IMG/VR virus record: IMGVR_UViG_3300042348_000372
Span: 1 to 26,927 of that record
Source of the DNA: a virus
Taxonomy: Duplodnaviria > Caudoviricetes
Direction: 5' to 3' (one strand)
Length of the DNA: 26,927 nucleotides
A program made the translations under genes and the position numbers. How positions within the stretch are numbered: position 1 is the first letter of the stretch; each line of letters starts with the position of its first letter. Below, one piece after another: positions 16,855 to 24,936 of the stretch. Below the pieces are notes generated by a model. The model ran no database searches. It was not told the origin of the DNA and saw nothing but the letters and a program-made list of their open reading frames with translations.

Positions 16855-17478
16855 TTAGCCCTTCTTGCGAAGTGAACCAATTACGTGTCTAATAGCTCCA
16901 CCAAGGGTGTCTTCGTTCTTTGGTTTTGATTTTGGTGCTGCTGGTGCATCATCCATACCAGAATCGTCCCAAAGACTTTTTGTTTGTGTTGGTGCACTAT
17001 CTGTAAATTTAAACTGGTCAGATCGTTCTCCGCTGCGATCTGCTGGAGCTGCTTTCTTCTTTGCGTCTTCTTCGCGCTGTATGTATATGTGTTTACGAGC
17101 TGCGTATCCCGCGTCTTCTGCGGTCAAAAGACTAGCGGATGTCCCTCTTTGTTTGGCAATATTATATCCGTGACGAATGTCGTAGCGAACATCATTTGCA
17201 GTTCTATGTCCACCATGGTCATTTCCTAAATGCTGAGAAGTTGCTCCAGGGTGCATCATCGGGAAGCCTTGTGCACTTTTTGGCCTAACAATAGGGTGCA
17301 GATTCATGTACGCATCTTCATTTGCCATGTGCCGTGGATCATCCAAGAATCGAGCAGTATCGCTTTGACCGACTTTCATATCGTCTTCGTCGTAACCTAT
17401 TTTTCTACCATCGGCATTGTATGCGCCTTTTTCACTACCTACAAATCTACCATCTTTATCATAACCTGGGTTTTTCAT
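16855..17478 (-). CDS. Hypothetical hydrophilic protein
   Basis: 207 aa, TAATG coupled. N-terminal Y(D/N)xDGR duplication. Confidence 0.7.
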   Translation of the reverse strand: MKNPGYDKDGRFVGSEKGAYNADGRKIGYDEDDMKVGQSDTARFLDDPRHMANEDAYMNLHPIVRPKSAQGFPMMHPGATSQHLGNDHGGHRTANDVRYDIRHGYNIAKQRGTSASLLTAEDAGYAARKHIYIQREEDAKKKAAPADRSGERSDQFKFTDSAPTQTKSLWDDSGMDDAPAAPKSKPKNEDTLGGAIRHVIGSLRKKG

Positions 17479-17615
17479 TATTTTACCTTTTTCTTAGTAG
17501 GTTTTTTAACTTTATCTTTTCCTGAACCTTCTGGTACACAGTTCGGTACTTTTTTTCCACCTTGCATTTTCATTCCTACTTGAACGTAGCCATCCCAACA
17601 CGGTCCTTTAGCCAT
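17478..17615 (-). CDS. 45-aa basic peptide with CWDGY...KKVPNCVP motif (not in ORF track)
   Basis: MAKGPCWDGYVQVGMKMQGGKKVPNCVPEGSGKDKVKKPTKKKVK fills the gap exactly, with TAATG overlaps at both ends. Confidence 0.85.
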   Translation of the reverse strand: MAKGPCWDGYVQVGMKMQGGKKVPNCVPEGSGKDKVKKPTKKKVK

Positions 17616-17878
17616 TAGCAGTCCCATGCCCTTCTCGCTTTGTTTAGTCTACTATCTGGATCTTTAGCTGCTTTAGGAAACTTCTTTGCTTGTCCTGCAG
17701 AGCGTGCACAATATGACTTACGACGTGCAGCAGACTTCTCAGACTTAGCAGCTTCTTCTTTTTTTACAGGTGGCTTAAGATTGTGGCCTTCTTTTTTAGC
17801 AGAGGCTCTTCCCTTAGCGTTTAATCCGCCGTTAGGGTTCTGCCCCTCTTTACGTTGCCACGCAGCTGTCTTAGCCAT
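17615..17878 (-). CDS. Small basic conserved phage protein (DUF6321-like)
   Basis: AWQRKEG.NP.GGLNAKGRAS...RRKSYCAR...SRLNKA...WDC. Family label from memory. Confidence 0.7.
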   Translation of the reverse strand: MAKTAAWQRKEGQNPNGGLNAKGRASAKKEGHNLKPPVKKEEAAKSEKSAARRKSYCARSAGQAKKFPKAAKDPDSRLNKARRAWDC

Positions 17879-18084
17879 TATTCTAAATCCTTACGTTGTT
17901 TCCAAGAGTCGTTAGCAGAATTGTAGCACGCATGGTTGTCAGCTTTGCGTTGACCACGATTTTTATCTTTAACTCCACCAAGTTCTTGATGAGTCCAATT
18001 ACAGCCTAAGCAGTGCCATTTATGCACACCTCGACCGTTAAATTCCCCACCACTGGTGTAAATGGTGTCGTTAGAGTATCCCAT
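17878..18084 (-). CDS. Small putative Zn-binding protein
   Basis: WHCLGC...HAC. TAATG coupled. Confidence 0.6.
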   Translation of the reverse strand: MGYSNDTIYTSGGEFNGRGVHKWHCLGCNWTHQELGGVKDKNRGQRKADNHACYNSANDSWKQRKDLE

Positions 18085-18266
18085 TACGTACTGGACTCTC
18101 CGCTTGCACCACGTCCATATCGTCGGTTGGTGATAGCGTGATCTCCACCTTGATCAGGCTCTAAATCGTGGGCCCAGTCAGCATACTCATGCGCATGGTA
18201 ACGAAGGTTCTTAGGACCTTTGTTTTTAACAGGGTACGAGGAATTGAACACTTCTGTTCTATCCAC
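18084..18266 (-). CDS. Small hypothetical protein
   Basis: GTG start 5 nt after the upstream stop. TAATG overlap downstream. Confidence 0.55.
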   Translation of the reverse strand: MDRTEVFNSSYPVKNKGPKNLRYHAHEYADWAHDLEPDQGGDHAITNRRYGRGASGESST

Positions 18267-18271
18267 CTTAC

Positions 18272-21200
18272 TTACCCTTTTCCACGCTTCTTTGGGGTAA
18301 ATGTAGGCATGTTAGAAGTTTTTGACTCTAGTCCAGAGAACTGGGTACTTACCCCAATATTTGGAGTTTCAGGATCTGGGTATGCTCTGTCAAATGTTTC
18401 TACAGGCTGTACCTTTTCCAAGAAACGACTGTGCTCACTTAGTGCAAGAGGCTTGATATCATTAACACCTGTGCTACCACCAAAATCAATAGTAACGTGC
18501 TTATCGGGCGCACCTGTAAGTGCATGTGCAGCATCCTTTACCCCAATTACTTTACCGCCACCATAACGTGAGTGGTGTACAAAGTCTCCAATTTCTGGAG
18601 AGGAGTATGGCTGTGCAGCAACTGTTGATTGAGTTATTTGCTTGTAGCCGCGATCTTTAGACCTTATGCTTTCAATCAGTGCTGAATCACTCTTACCAAT
18701 AGTTCCTAGGAAAGCTTCTCTACGACGTGTGGATGGTAACTCAACTAATGAATCGTTTTGTGGAGGCATCAGTTCTGCGTCAGTAAACAGTGAGTCTTGA
18801 TGAGGAACTGGTTCTGGTTTTCTAGAGCGCCCAGTTGAGTAATCAATAGAGCGTCCACGCTTGTTTGTAGCACCAGATGTTTGATAAGGATCACTTTCTA
18901 CAGGGGTAACCACAGGTTCAGGAGTAGTGTAGTCAACACCTCCTGATGGAAGGTATGGAGACTTAGGTGTTTCCACTTCTTCTCTTGGTTCTGGCTTTAC
19001 TTCTTCAAATCCCTTGTAGCTTATTTGCTCAACCTTTTCTGGTGCAAATAATGGTTGAGTACCCATACGGATGTCTTCTCTAGCACCCCGTAAGTCTCTA
19101 GTAGTTTTACCACTAGGTAGTGGTGCACTTCCCTTGATAGTGAGAGAATTTTTTGGCTTTTCACCTACGTTAGTAGCAAATGAATCTGTCTTTGAGTGTC
19201 CGGCTACTGCACCGTCTTCATCAACTACAGTATCTGGTTCAGCTTTTAGAAGTGCACTAAATTGAGTTGAGAAACGTTGGTGCTCTGGAGTAACGGTAGA
19301 ATCAGGAATACCTGCTTCTGCACGTGACATTACCTTAGGAGCTACTTCCATGCCTCTTGAGAGACCCTTACCAGTCTGTACGTCAAGTGTTGCATCTTCA
19401 GGACGTGCTGTTGCTAAATCACGTGTTGAACCTTCACCTGTTATGCGACCACCTTTTGCATCATATTCATATGTAGGATGAATCTTATAATCATCTTGTG
19501 GATAGTCGTAACCTTCTCCAAGATCTAGTACACCTTGCAAAACTTTTGGACCTGGAGCAGTTCCCTTTGGAATTGCGGCCTTAGCCATTTGTTGGCCAAC
19601 TCCCGAAGTAAACTTACCTTTTTCGTCTATGTTTGCTTGTCCCTTTTGATTACGAGGAACATCGTCATGTGGAATATCGTATGTACCAAAGTTTATCTTA
19701 TCGCGTTGATCAGAAATTCTTTGTGTAAGCTCTGCTGCTTGATCGTTTAGGTGATTAACAATAGTTGGATCAAAGCCCATAGATGCACGAGCAGCTTCAC
19801 GCTTAGCACCAAAGTTTTGCAAACGCTCTGCCTTGTCATACATACCATCTAGCTCTGAACCAGAAACATATCCTGGATCACCTGAAATTAAATTTCTACG
19901 GCGAGCAGTACGTGATACGTAAAATGGTTGATCTCCTTGAATGCCTACACGAGGTGGTGCTGTAGGGCCAGTGTTTGGTACTCCTTGTGAATCAGGTTTA
20001 GCAGGGTCTACAATCGGTTGTAGTGGGTTGCTAAAAGGTACGTAACCTGTAACACGTCCTGATGTTAATGGTGCTCTACCTTCACCGGTTCTAATAGATC
20101 CTGCTGGTGTTGGTGATTTGATTTCTGAACGTAGTCGGTTCTTTAAAGGGGTGTAGTTTTCATATTCACTAGGGTCTGTGTGAATCCAAAGTTTACCCTC
20201 ACCCGTGTCAAATGAATGAAATCCTGTATGACGAAACGTTGGATTGTTATTTTCATCAATCATAGGTTGAGCAGCTTCGCTACCTTCAACTGAATAGCCG
20301 CTAGGGCTTTTGCCATCTACCTTAAGGTGTGATGAAAAAGCTGTGTGAAAAGCAGCATCTTTAACTTTCATGCGTAATGGGTTACCAAAAGAATCTGTCT
20401 CAGTCGGGTGTTGTACAGTATCATTAAGCGCAGCTGGTTTTAAAACCATTTTTCGAGATGCACGGTCTTTTGTAAGCAATTGGTATACACCAGCAGCATG
20501 GGAGATAGCGCCACGTTTACCTGCAACCTTTACGCTGTATGCGTTAACAGATTCAGGAGTAATTTCTGGATCACCAAGTTCACGTGCAATACGTACTAAC
20601 GCATGCTCATGTCCTCCAGCCATTTCATCGGGTGCAAACTCTCTTCCTGCACGCTTACCGCTAGCTTTTCTAGCTTCCCAAGCATCTCTATGAAGTCTAT
20701 ACGCTGCAGCAACATCCGGATTTACTTGGTATGTTTTTCCATTATGCATAACATCTTCAAGACCTAGTTCATCACCAGGAGTACCAAGACCCTTTGCAAC
20801 ACGGTCTTCACGACTTGCTGCTACAGCAGGTGCGTTAGGAACACCAGGTCCCATAACATCAACGCGGTAGTTTTTATCCATAGGCAAAGCAGCAACATCT
20901 CCTGAGCTAGGGGCATCGTATGGAGAGGTCTTTGTAGGATTAACTACTGTTGATGCACCACGACGTGCTCTTGAAGCTAAGCCAGCAGCTTCAGCTGCAC
21001 GTGCTTCTTCTTCAGATACTTCTTCAAACTCTGAAACCTTTGGTCGTAGTGGATCACTACCACCAGTAGAAGAAAGTTTCTTTACTGCTTCTGCATCTAC
21101 ACCAGATGTCATTTCTCCAAGAACTTGTGCAGTTACAGCAGGTGAATCTTCAGGTCCTCCAATTTTATCTTTAGGTTGAAAGTCTTCTGCCTTAACCTCT

Positions 21201-21472
21201 GCTTGCATTTGTTCTTCTGTAGTAAGAATTGGTTTTGGATCTGAAGGCTTAGTGGTTGTAACCTTAGGTGTAGGCGCAACATCTTTTGCTTTACTAGAAG
21301 ATCTAACATCATCTTCATTAGCACGAGATTTTGCAGCTTTTTGGCGCAACCCTTCCTCAAGAGCTGCTCTAGCGGCATCTTGTTCTTCAGGTGTAGTAGT
21401 TGGCTTTACATCTTTGGGTGCCTTGCGCGGATCGTCTTTACCTTTTCCACGACCATAATTCTTTTTTGCCAT
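18272..21472 (-). CDS. 1066-aa largely disordered protein with a C-terminal PcrA/UvrD-CTD-like Tudor domain
   Basis: Pro/Gly/Thr/charge-rich with no Cys. Near the C-terminus EIGDFVHHSRYGGGKVIGV...VTIDFG...IKPL...FLEKV. Confidence 0.75.
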   Translation of the reverse strand: MAKKNYGRGKGKDDPRKAPKDVKPTTTPEEQDAARAALEEGLRQKAAKSRANEDDVRSSSKAKDVAPTPKVTTTKPSDPKPILTTEEQMQAEVKAEDFQPKDKIGGPEDSPAVTAQVLGEMTSGVDAEAVKKLSSTGGSDPLRPKVSEFEEVSEEEARAAEAAGLASRARRGASTVVNPTKTSPYDAPSSGDVAALPMDKNYRVDVMGPGVPNAPAVAASREDRVAKGLGTPGDELGLEDVMHNGKTYQVNPDVAAAYRLHRDAWEARKASGKRAGREFAPDEMAGGHEHALVRIARELGDPEITPESVNAYSVKVAGKRGAISHAAGVYQLLTKDRASRKMVLKPAALNDTVQHPTETDSFGNPLRMKVKDAAFHTAFSSHLKVDGKSPSGYSVEGSEAAQPMIDENNNPTFRHTGFHSFDTGEGKLWIHTDPSEYENYTPLKNRLRSEIKSPTPAGSIRTGEGRAPLTSGRVTGYVPFSNPLQPIVDPAKPDSQGVPNTGPTAPPRVGIQGDQPFYVSRTARRRNLISGDPGYVSGSELDGMYDKAERLQNFGAKREAARASMGFDPTIVNHLNDQAAELTQRISDQRDKINFGTYDIPHDDVPRNQKGQANIDEKGKFTSGVGQQMAKAAIPKGTAPGPKVLQGVLDLGEGYDYPQDDYKIHPTYEYDAKGGRITGEGSTRDLATARPEDATLDVQTGKGLSRGMEVAPKVMSRAEAGIPDSTVTPEHQRFSTQFSALLKAEPDTVVDEDGAVAGHSKTDSFATNVGEKPKNSLTIKGSAPLPSGKTTRDLRGAREDIRMGTQPLFAPEKVEQISYKGFEEVKPEPREEVETPKSPYLPSGGVDYTTPEPVVTPVESDPYQTSGATNKRGRSIDYSTGRSRKPEPVPHQDSLFTDAELMPPQNDSLVELPSTRRREAFLGTIGKSDSALIESIRSKDRGYKQITQSTVAAQPYSSPEIGDFVHHSRYGGGKVIGVKDAAHALTGAPDKHVTIDFGGSTGVNDIKPLALSEHSRFLEKVQPVETFDRAYPDPETPNIGVSTQFSGLESKTSNMPTFTPKKRGKG

Positions 21473-21951
21473 TATTTTTTGTCCTTAGTTCCAGGCTCAA
21501 ATGTCTCAACATCATCAAGATCTGGTGTTGCTTCGTCTCCCTTACCAGGATTTGCACCCTTACGCTGGAAGATTCCCTTAGCTTCACCTACTGATGCATC
21601 TACAACTTCACCAGTCCAACGATCAGGGTTTTTAATCTTTGTTCCAGGATTTTTTGGATCGTCAATAAATTCATCAGTATTATTAGTTGCGCGGTTAAGT
21701 TCTTTAAGGTGCCTACGTTGACCACGAGCCCTCTTACCTAATTCTTTAGTCTCTTGTGCTTTACCCCAAGCACCTGTAGCAGCACCAATAACGGCCTTCT
21801 TACGATCTTGCTCTCCACGTGATTCATTGGTAGCTGTGTTAATGCGGATGCTTGCATCTGCACGATGATCGATTAGTTGCTTCTCTAATTCAAAGGCGCT
21901 TTTTTGTCTAAAGATTGATCCTATGCCGCCATAGGTTCGGTTACGACCCAT
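21472..21951 (-). CDS. Hypothetical protein, first gene of the coupled cluster (start uncertain: 21951 or 21972)
   Basis: The track start at 22071 overlaps the upstream gene. MGRNR... is more plausible. TAATG overlap with the 1066-aa gene. Confidence 0.6.
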   Translation of the reverse strand: MGRNRTYGGIGSIFRQKSAFELEKQLIDHRADASIRINTATNESRGEQDRKKAVIGAATGAWGKAQETKELGKRARGQRRHLKELNRATNNTDEFIDDPKNPGTKIKNPDRWTGEVVDASVGEAKGIFQRKGANPGKGDEATPDLDDVETFEPGTKDKK

Positions 21952-22009
21952 GCCGTTATTGGATTGAACCATTCTCTGGCTATTAAAAATAAACATCTTT
22001 TGATCCCAT

Positions 22010-22207
22010 CTAATCTTTAGGTACTGGCAAAAGTTTAGCAACTCCGCCTTGATCTGTAAGCGCATGAGCATTATTATTATAATGGTGCATGCAGAAGGTC
22101 AATTCCCCAGAGGGGAATAGTACCACGATCAGGGCCCTAGCCGAGCAAAGGTCGCAGGATTCCCTCACATTTACTGAAATATCTTCTTCCGCCAATAAGT
22201 ATGTCAT
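22010..22207 (-). CDS. Small actinobacterial-type Zn-finger protein (CDxC...FCxHH), probably leaderless
   Basis: CDLC.ARA...GELTFCMHH. GATACT -10-like hexamer 6 nt before the ATG. Confidence 0.7.
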   Translation of the reverse strand: MTYLLAEEDISVNVRESCDLCSARALIVVLFPSGELTFCMHHYNNNAHALTDQGGVAKLLPVPKD

Positions 22208-22229
22208 AGGGATAGTATCCCACTAAAGC

Positions 22230-22257
22230 AAAAAGCCGGGAGCGTGAACTCCCGGCT
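22230..22257 (-). terminator. Intrinsic terminator
   Basis: GCCGGGAG/CTCCCGGC stem followed by T5 on the minus strand. Confidence 0.8.
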
Positions 22258-22277
22258 ATTTGTTTGTGTTGAGAAGC

Positions 22278-23333
22278 TTATGAAGCTGTCGCAAACGGTG
22301 TGATTGTAATTGTAGCTGTTGAGAGGACTGAACCTGTTCCAGCTGCAACTGACTGAGTCTTGATTGTTCCAGCAACACCTGTGAGGCCAGCAACAGAGAG
22401 ACCTGTTGTTGATAGTGTTCCTGAAGTTGTGGTTGTGTAAGAAACAGTGTTTGTAGCAACTGCTGTAACTGTGAATGTACCGTTGAGCGCTGTATCTGGT
22501 GATACTAGGTTTGCAACAGTAATCTTAGTTCCAACTGGGTATTTAGCGCCAGCACCTGATGAGGTGATTGTTGCTGTTGTACCTGTACGTGCAACTGCTG
22601 TGATTGTTGAAGCAGCGTTTGTAGCTGCTGTTGCAGTTGTAATGTTAGCTGCTTCGTAACCAGCATCCTTAAGAGTATCAAGGGCTACTGCTGTAGTGTT
22701 ACCAACTACTGAAGGTACTACAATGTAACCAAGGCCTGCACCATCAGCTGCTGAACGAGCTGTTGTTGATTCTGCCTTACCGTACCACTGTCCTGTAATT
22801 TCACCAGCGTTAGCTGAGTTAGTTACTGTGAACTGTAGCTTGTTAGCTGTAGCAACAGTTACTGCTGATAGATTGTAAGCTGATTCTGTAAGACCTGTAA
22901 CATTGATAACGTCTCCAGGTGCAAGGTGGTTTAGTGATGTGTATGTAACAGTTGTTCCATTACCTGAAGCTGCTGTAACCTTGTAGTTACCTGCTGCTTC
23001 GATGTAACCTGGGAAACCTGCCCACTCAGCTTCAATGTCTGAGTGATTTCCAAGTGCTGCGTTTAAGCGTGCACTATCAATCTTTCCTGTAGTTGTCCAC
23101 TGTGCGTTTTGTGCAGCACCGTATGCAACTGTTGCTGTTGGAGTTCCATCAGCACGTTCGTCGTTTGGTAGAGGTGGGCGTGATCCCCATACAAAATCTA
23201 CTCGTAAATTTCCTGCTGAGTCGGTAGCGTTACCGTTGTTGTTAACTCCAGCTGGTTGTGCCGCAATTGCGACTGTTTCTGCGCCGGTACCGCTGGGAGA
23301 CCCAATAGCTGCCGGTTCGTTGTAACTTGACAT
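22278..23333 (-). CDS. Thr/Ala-rich beta protein with an interrupted PASTA-like domain (probable virion surface protein)
   Basis: VVPSVVG.T...A...L..AG ... GTIKTQS.AAG......TITIT. Two related beta modules: T.TYTS...L.PGD.I.V.GL....YN and TATITS....Y.VG..ITV..L.....LNGTFTV. Confidence 0.65.
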   Translation of the reverse strand: MSSYNEPAAIGSPSGTGAETVAIAAQPAGVNNNGNATDSAGNLRVDFVWGSRPPLPNDERADGTPTATVAYGAAQNAQWTTTGKIDSARLNAALGNHSDIEAEWAGFPGYIEAAGNYKVTAASGNGTTVTYTSLNHLAPGDVINVTGLTESAYNLSAVTVATANKLQFTVTNSANAGEITGQWYGKAESTTARSAADGAGLGYIVVPSVVGNTTAVALDTLKDAGYEAANITTATAATNAASTITAVARTGTTATITSSGAGAKYPVGTKITVANLVSPDTALNGTFTVTAVATNTVSYTTTTSGTLSTTGLSVAGLTGVAGTIKTQSVAAGTGSVLSTATITITPFATAS

Positions 23334-23383
23334 ATGTATTCCTTCACTTGATCAATGTGAGTGTCCGGGATTGGACAGGGACA

Positions 23384-23416
23384 ATAATCCCAGAGATTAC
23401 GCCTCTTGTATGCGTG
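23384..23416 (-). promoter_or_regulatory. Putative phage promoter CACGCATAC-N18-GATTAT
   Basis: Degenerate copy of the shared motif with the same spacing. Confidence 0.4.
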
Positions 23417-23963
23417 TAACGATCTTTCCGCCAGAATAAATATCATGCTTAATAGCAATAGCAATAGCTTTCTTAAGAATTGACTCTGCTTCTTGTGGGG
23501 TTTTAATTTTTGTGTAGTTTAGGGCTTCCAAAGCACCAAGTGCTAAATCTCCGCCGCTACCTGCGTAGTATACGTTGCGGGCTTCTCTATCCCAAGAGTA
23601 GTCATTAAATATAGGGTAGATGACTCCACGAACAGAAACTAACAGGTTAGAGTCATGCCAAGCTGAATCACCGTCTTCTTTACCTTCAAAGCCTGCATCT
23701 TGAAAAGCTTTACGCATTGAAGGTATAAATGTCCGTGTCATAAATAAATCTAGATCTTCACCTACACGAGGCTTTGGTGGCTTCCAACCAAACTGTGCAA
23801 TGTTTCCACCTCTAGAAGCGCCGGAGACCGCTATCAGTACACCATTGTTATTAATTATTTTATCCGTAGACAGTTCCATGAAACGACCATCTTCATCTGA
23901 TGCGCGTGAGTCACATCCAATAACAGTCCAACCATCACCTTGTATTGCAGCAAGCGTTGTCAT
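23397..23963 (-). CDS. Proteasome beta-subunit / HslV-like N-terminal Thr (Ntn) protease
   Basis: M-T-T start, DSR, KII, GSGG..ALGAL and D.YSGG, matching the Thr1/Asp17/Lys33/Ser129 set. Confidence 0.88.
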   Translation of the reverse strand: MTTLAAIQGDGWTVIGCDSRASDEDGRFMELSTDKIINNNGVLIAVSGASRGGNIAQFGWKPPKPRVGEDLDLFMTRTFIPSMRKAFQDAGFEGKEDGDSAWHDSNLLVSVRGVIYPIFNDYSWDREARNVYYAGSGGDLALGALEALNYTKIKTPQEAESILKKAIAIAIKHDIYSGGKIVTRIQEA

Positions 23964-24139
23964 AGTGGCCCCTTTTTAAATTTAGACTTTACTAAATTAA
24001 ATAACTTGCGAAAAGGCCCGACCTCAAACATATATGAGTGAGTATGAGAGTCATCGTGCTTATGATGGTCTTTATGTCTAGTGACACCGTTGTTAATAAA
24101 ATATGGCCCACCAGCTTTAGAAAAATGATTTCTTCCCAT
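23960..24139 (-). CDS. 59-aa His-rich peptide (not in ORF track)
   Basis: MGRNHFSKAGGPYFINNGVTRHKDHHKHDDSHTHSYMFEVGPFRKLFNLVKSKFKKGPL. GAGAGGG RBS. ATGA overlap with the protease start. Confidence 0.7.
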   Translation of the reverse strand: MGRNHFSKAGGPYFINNGVTRHKDHHKHDDSHTHSYMFEVGPFRKLFNLVKSKFKKGPL

Positions 24140-24168
24140 GGTAACCCTCTCAGTAGATGTATATGGTA

Positions 24169-24642
24169 TCAGTAATTTGGAATTGGTGCACCATCAGGGC
24201 CATATTTGCCATAATACTCTTCATTGGCCTGAATCTCGTTGTGGAAGGCCTCTCCACGTGTTCTAGGCAAGGATCCAGAGTCAGTTACTGTATACGGGTG
24301 GTTTAACAAGGCTTCTTGTACAAACTCATTTGTAGAGTTTGCATCCTTTAGGCCTTCCCACAAAAAGTCATCTACATCGGCATATTCAATCCAAGTGTAC
24401 TTAGGAAGGTTGCCAGGACCTGGGTCAGTCATTACAATGATCAATGTCTTAGTGTTATAGTTGTAGCAACACTTCTTAGCTCTTGGACGAGGTCCACCAG
24501 ATGTCGGAGCATCAATCTCTTGATATCCTGGTCCGCAGAGACGACTACGTTCTCTCTCGTTTTTTAAAGCAGCGGCTATAGCAGCATAGTTATCGGGGTC
24601 AACCTCAGGTTTAAACCTACTTGATCTATATTTATCTGCCAT
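24169..24642 (-). CDS. KTSC-like domain protein, probably leaderless
   Basis: YN.NTKTL.IV......Y.DV....WEGLK.A.S..EFV pattern. TAAACT 6 nt before the ATG. Confidence 0.55.
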   Translation of the reverse strand: MADKYRSSRFKPEVDPDNYAAIAAALKNERERSRLCGPGYQEIDAPTSGGPRPRAKKCCYNYNTKTLIIVMTDPGPGNLPKYTWIEYADVDDFLWEGLKDANSTNEFVQEALLNHPYTVTDSGSLPRTRGEAFHNEIQANEEYYGKYGPDGAPIPNY

Positions 24643-24648
24643 AGTAAT

Positions 24649-24681
24649 AGTTTACCGGGTTTTAGGACTATTGTCCGCCCC
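24649..24681 (-). promoter_or_regulatory. Putative promoter GGGGCGGAC-N18-TAAACT for a leaderless mRNA
   Basis: Same GAC-N18 register. The -10 lies 6 nt from the ATG at 24642. Confidence 0.55.
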
Positions 24682-24829
24682 AGCCTCCACCACGAAATAC
24701 GGCGGGGGTAGCTGTCCATACACGTGACATACTAGACTGACAACAAGTAGGTTCGTGATCTTCACCAAATTCACGGTAGATCTCTCGTACCATCCCACAT
24801 TCATTACACTTGTAGTCATAGTTAGGCAT
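24668..24829 (-). CDS. FmdB-family zinc ribbon protein, 53 aa (not in ORF track)
   Basis: MPNYDYKCNECG...EPTCCQSSMSRVWTATPAVFRGGGWGGQ. AAGGAG RBS. Confidence 0.88.
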   Translation of the reverse strand: MPNYDYKCNECGMVREIYREFGEDHEPTCCQSSMSRVWTATPAVFRGGGWGGQ

Positions 24830-24936
24830 TAGTCGGAGCACTCCTTACATCTTGCAGTTGGGTTCTTAGTTCCTACAGGTACTTGAAACATCACTCCACA
24901 ATTGTAGCAGAGCACATCCAATATTAATTTTTCCAT
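24829..24936 (-). CDS. 35-aa CxxC..CxxC zinc ribbon peptide (not in ORF track)
   Basis: MEKLILDVLCYNCGVMFQVPVGTKNPTARCKECSD. TAATG overlap with the FmdB-like gene. Confidence 0.65.
   Translation of the reverse strand: MEKLILDVLCYNCGVMFQVPVGTKNPTARCKECSD

Noticed and set aside
23362-23391. Possible pseudoknot GGGATT/AATCCC plus TGTCC/GGACA upstream of the PASTA-like gene
   Set aside because: The first strand overlaps the predicted -10, so it would not be in that transcript. Only a 5-bp hairpin remains.
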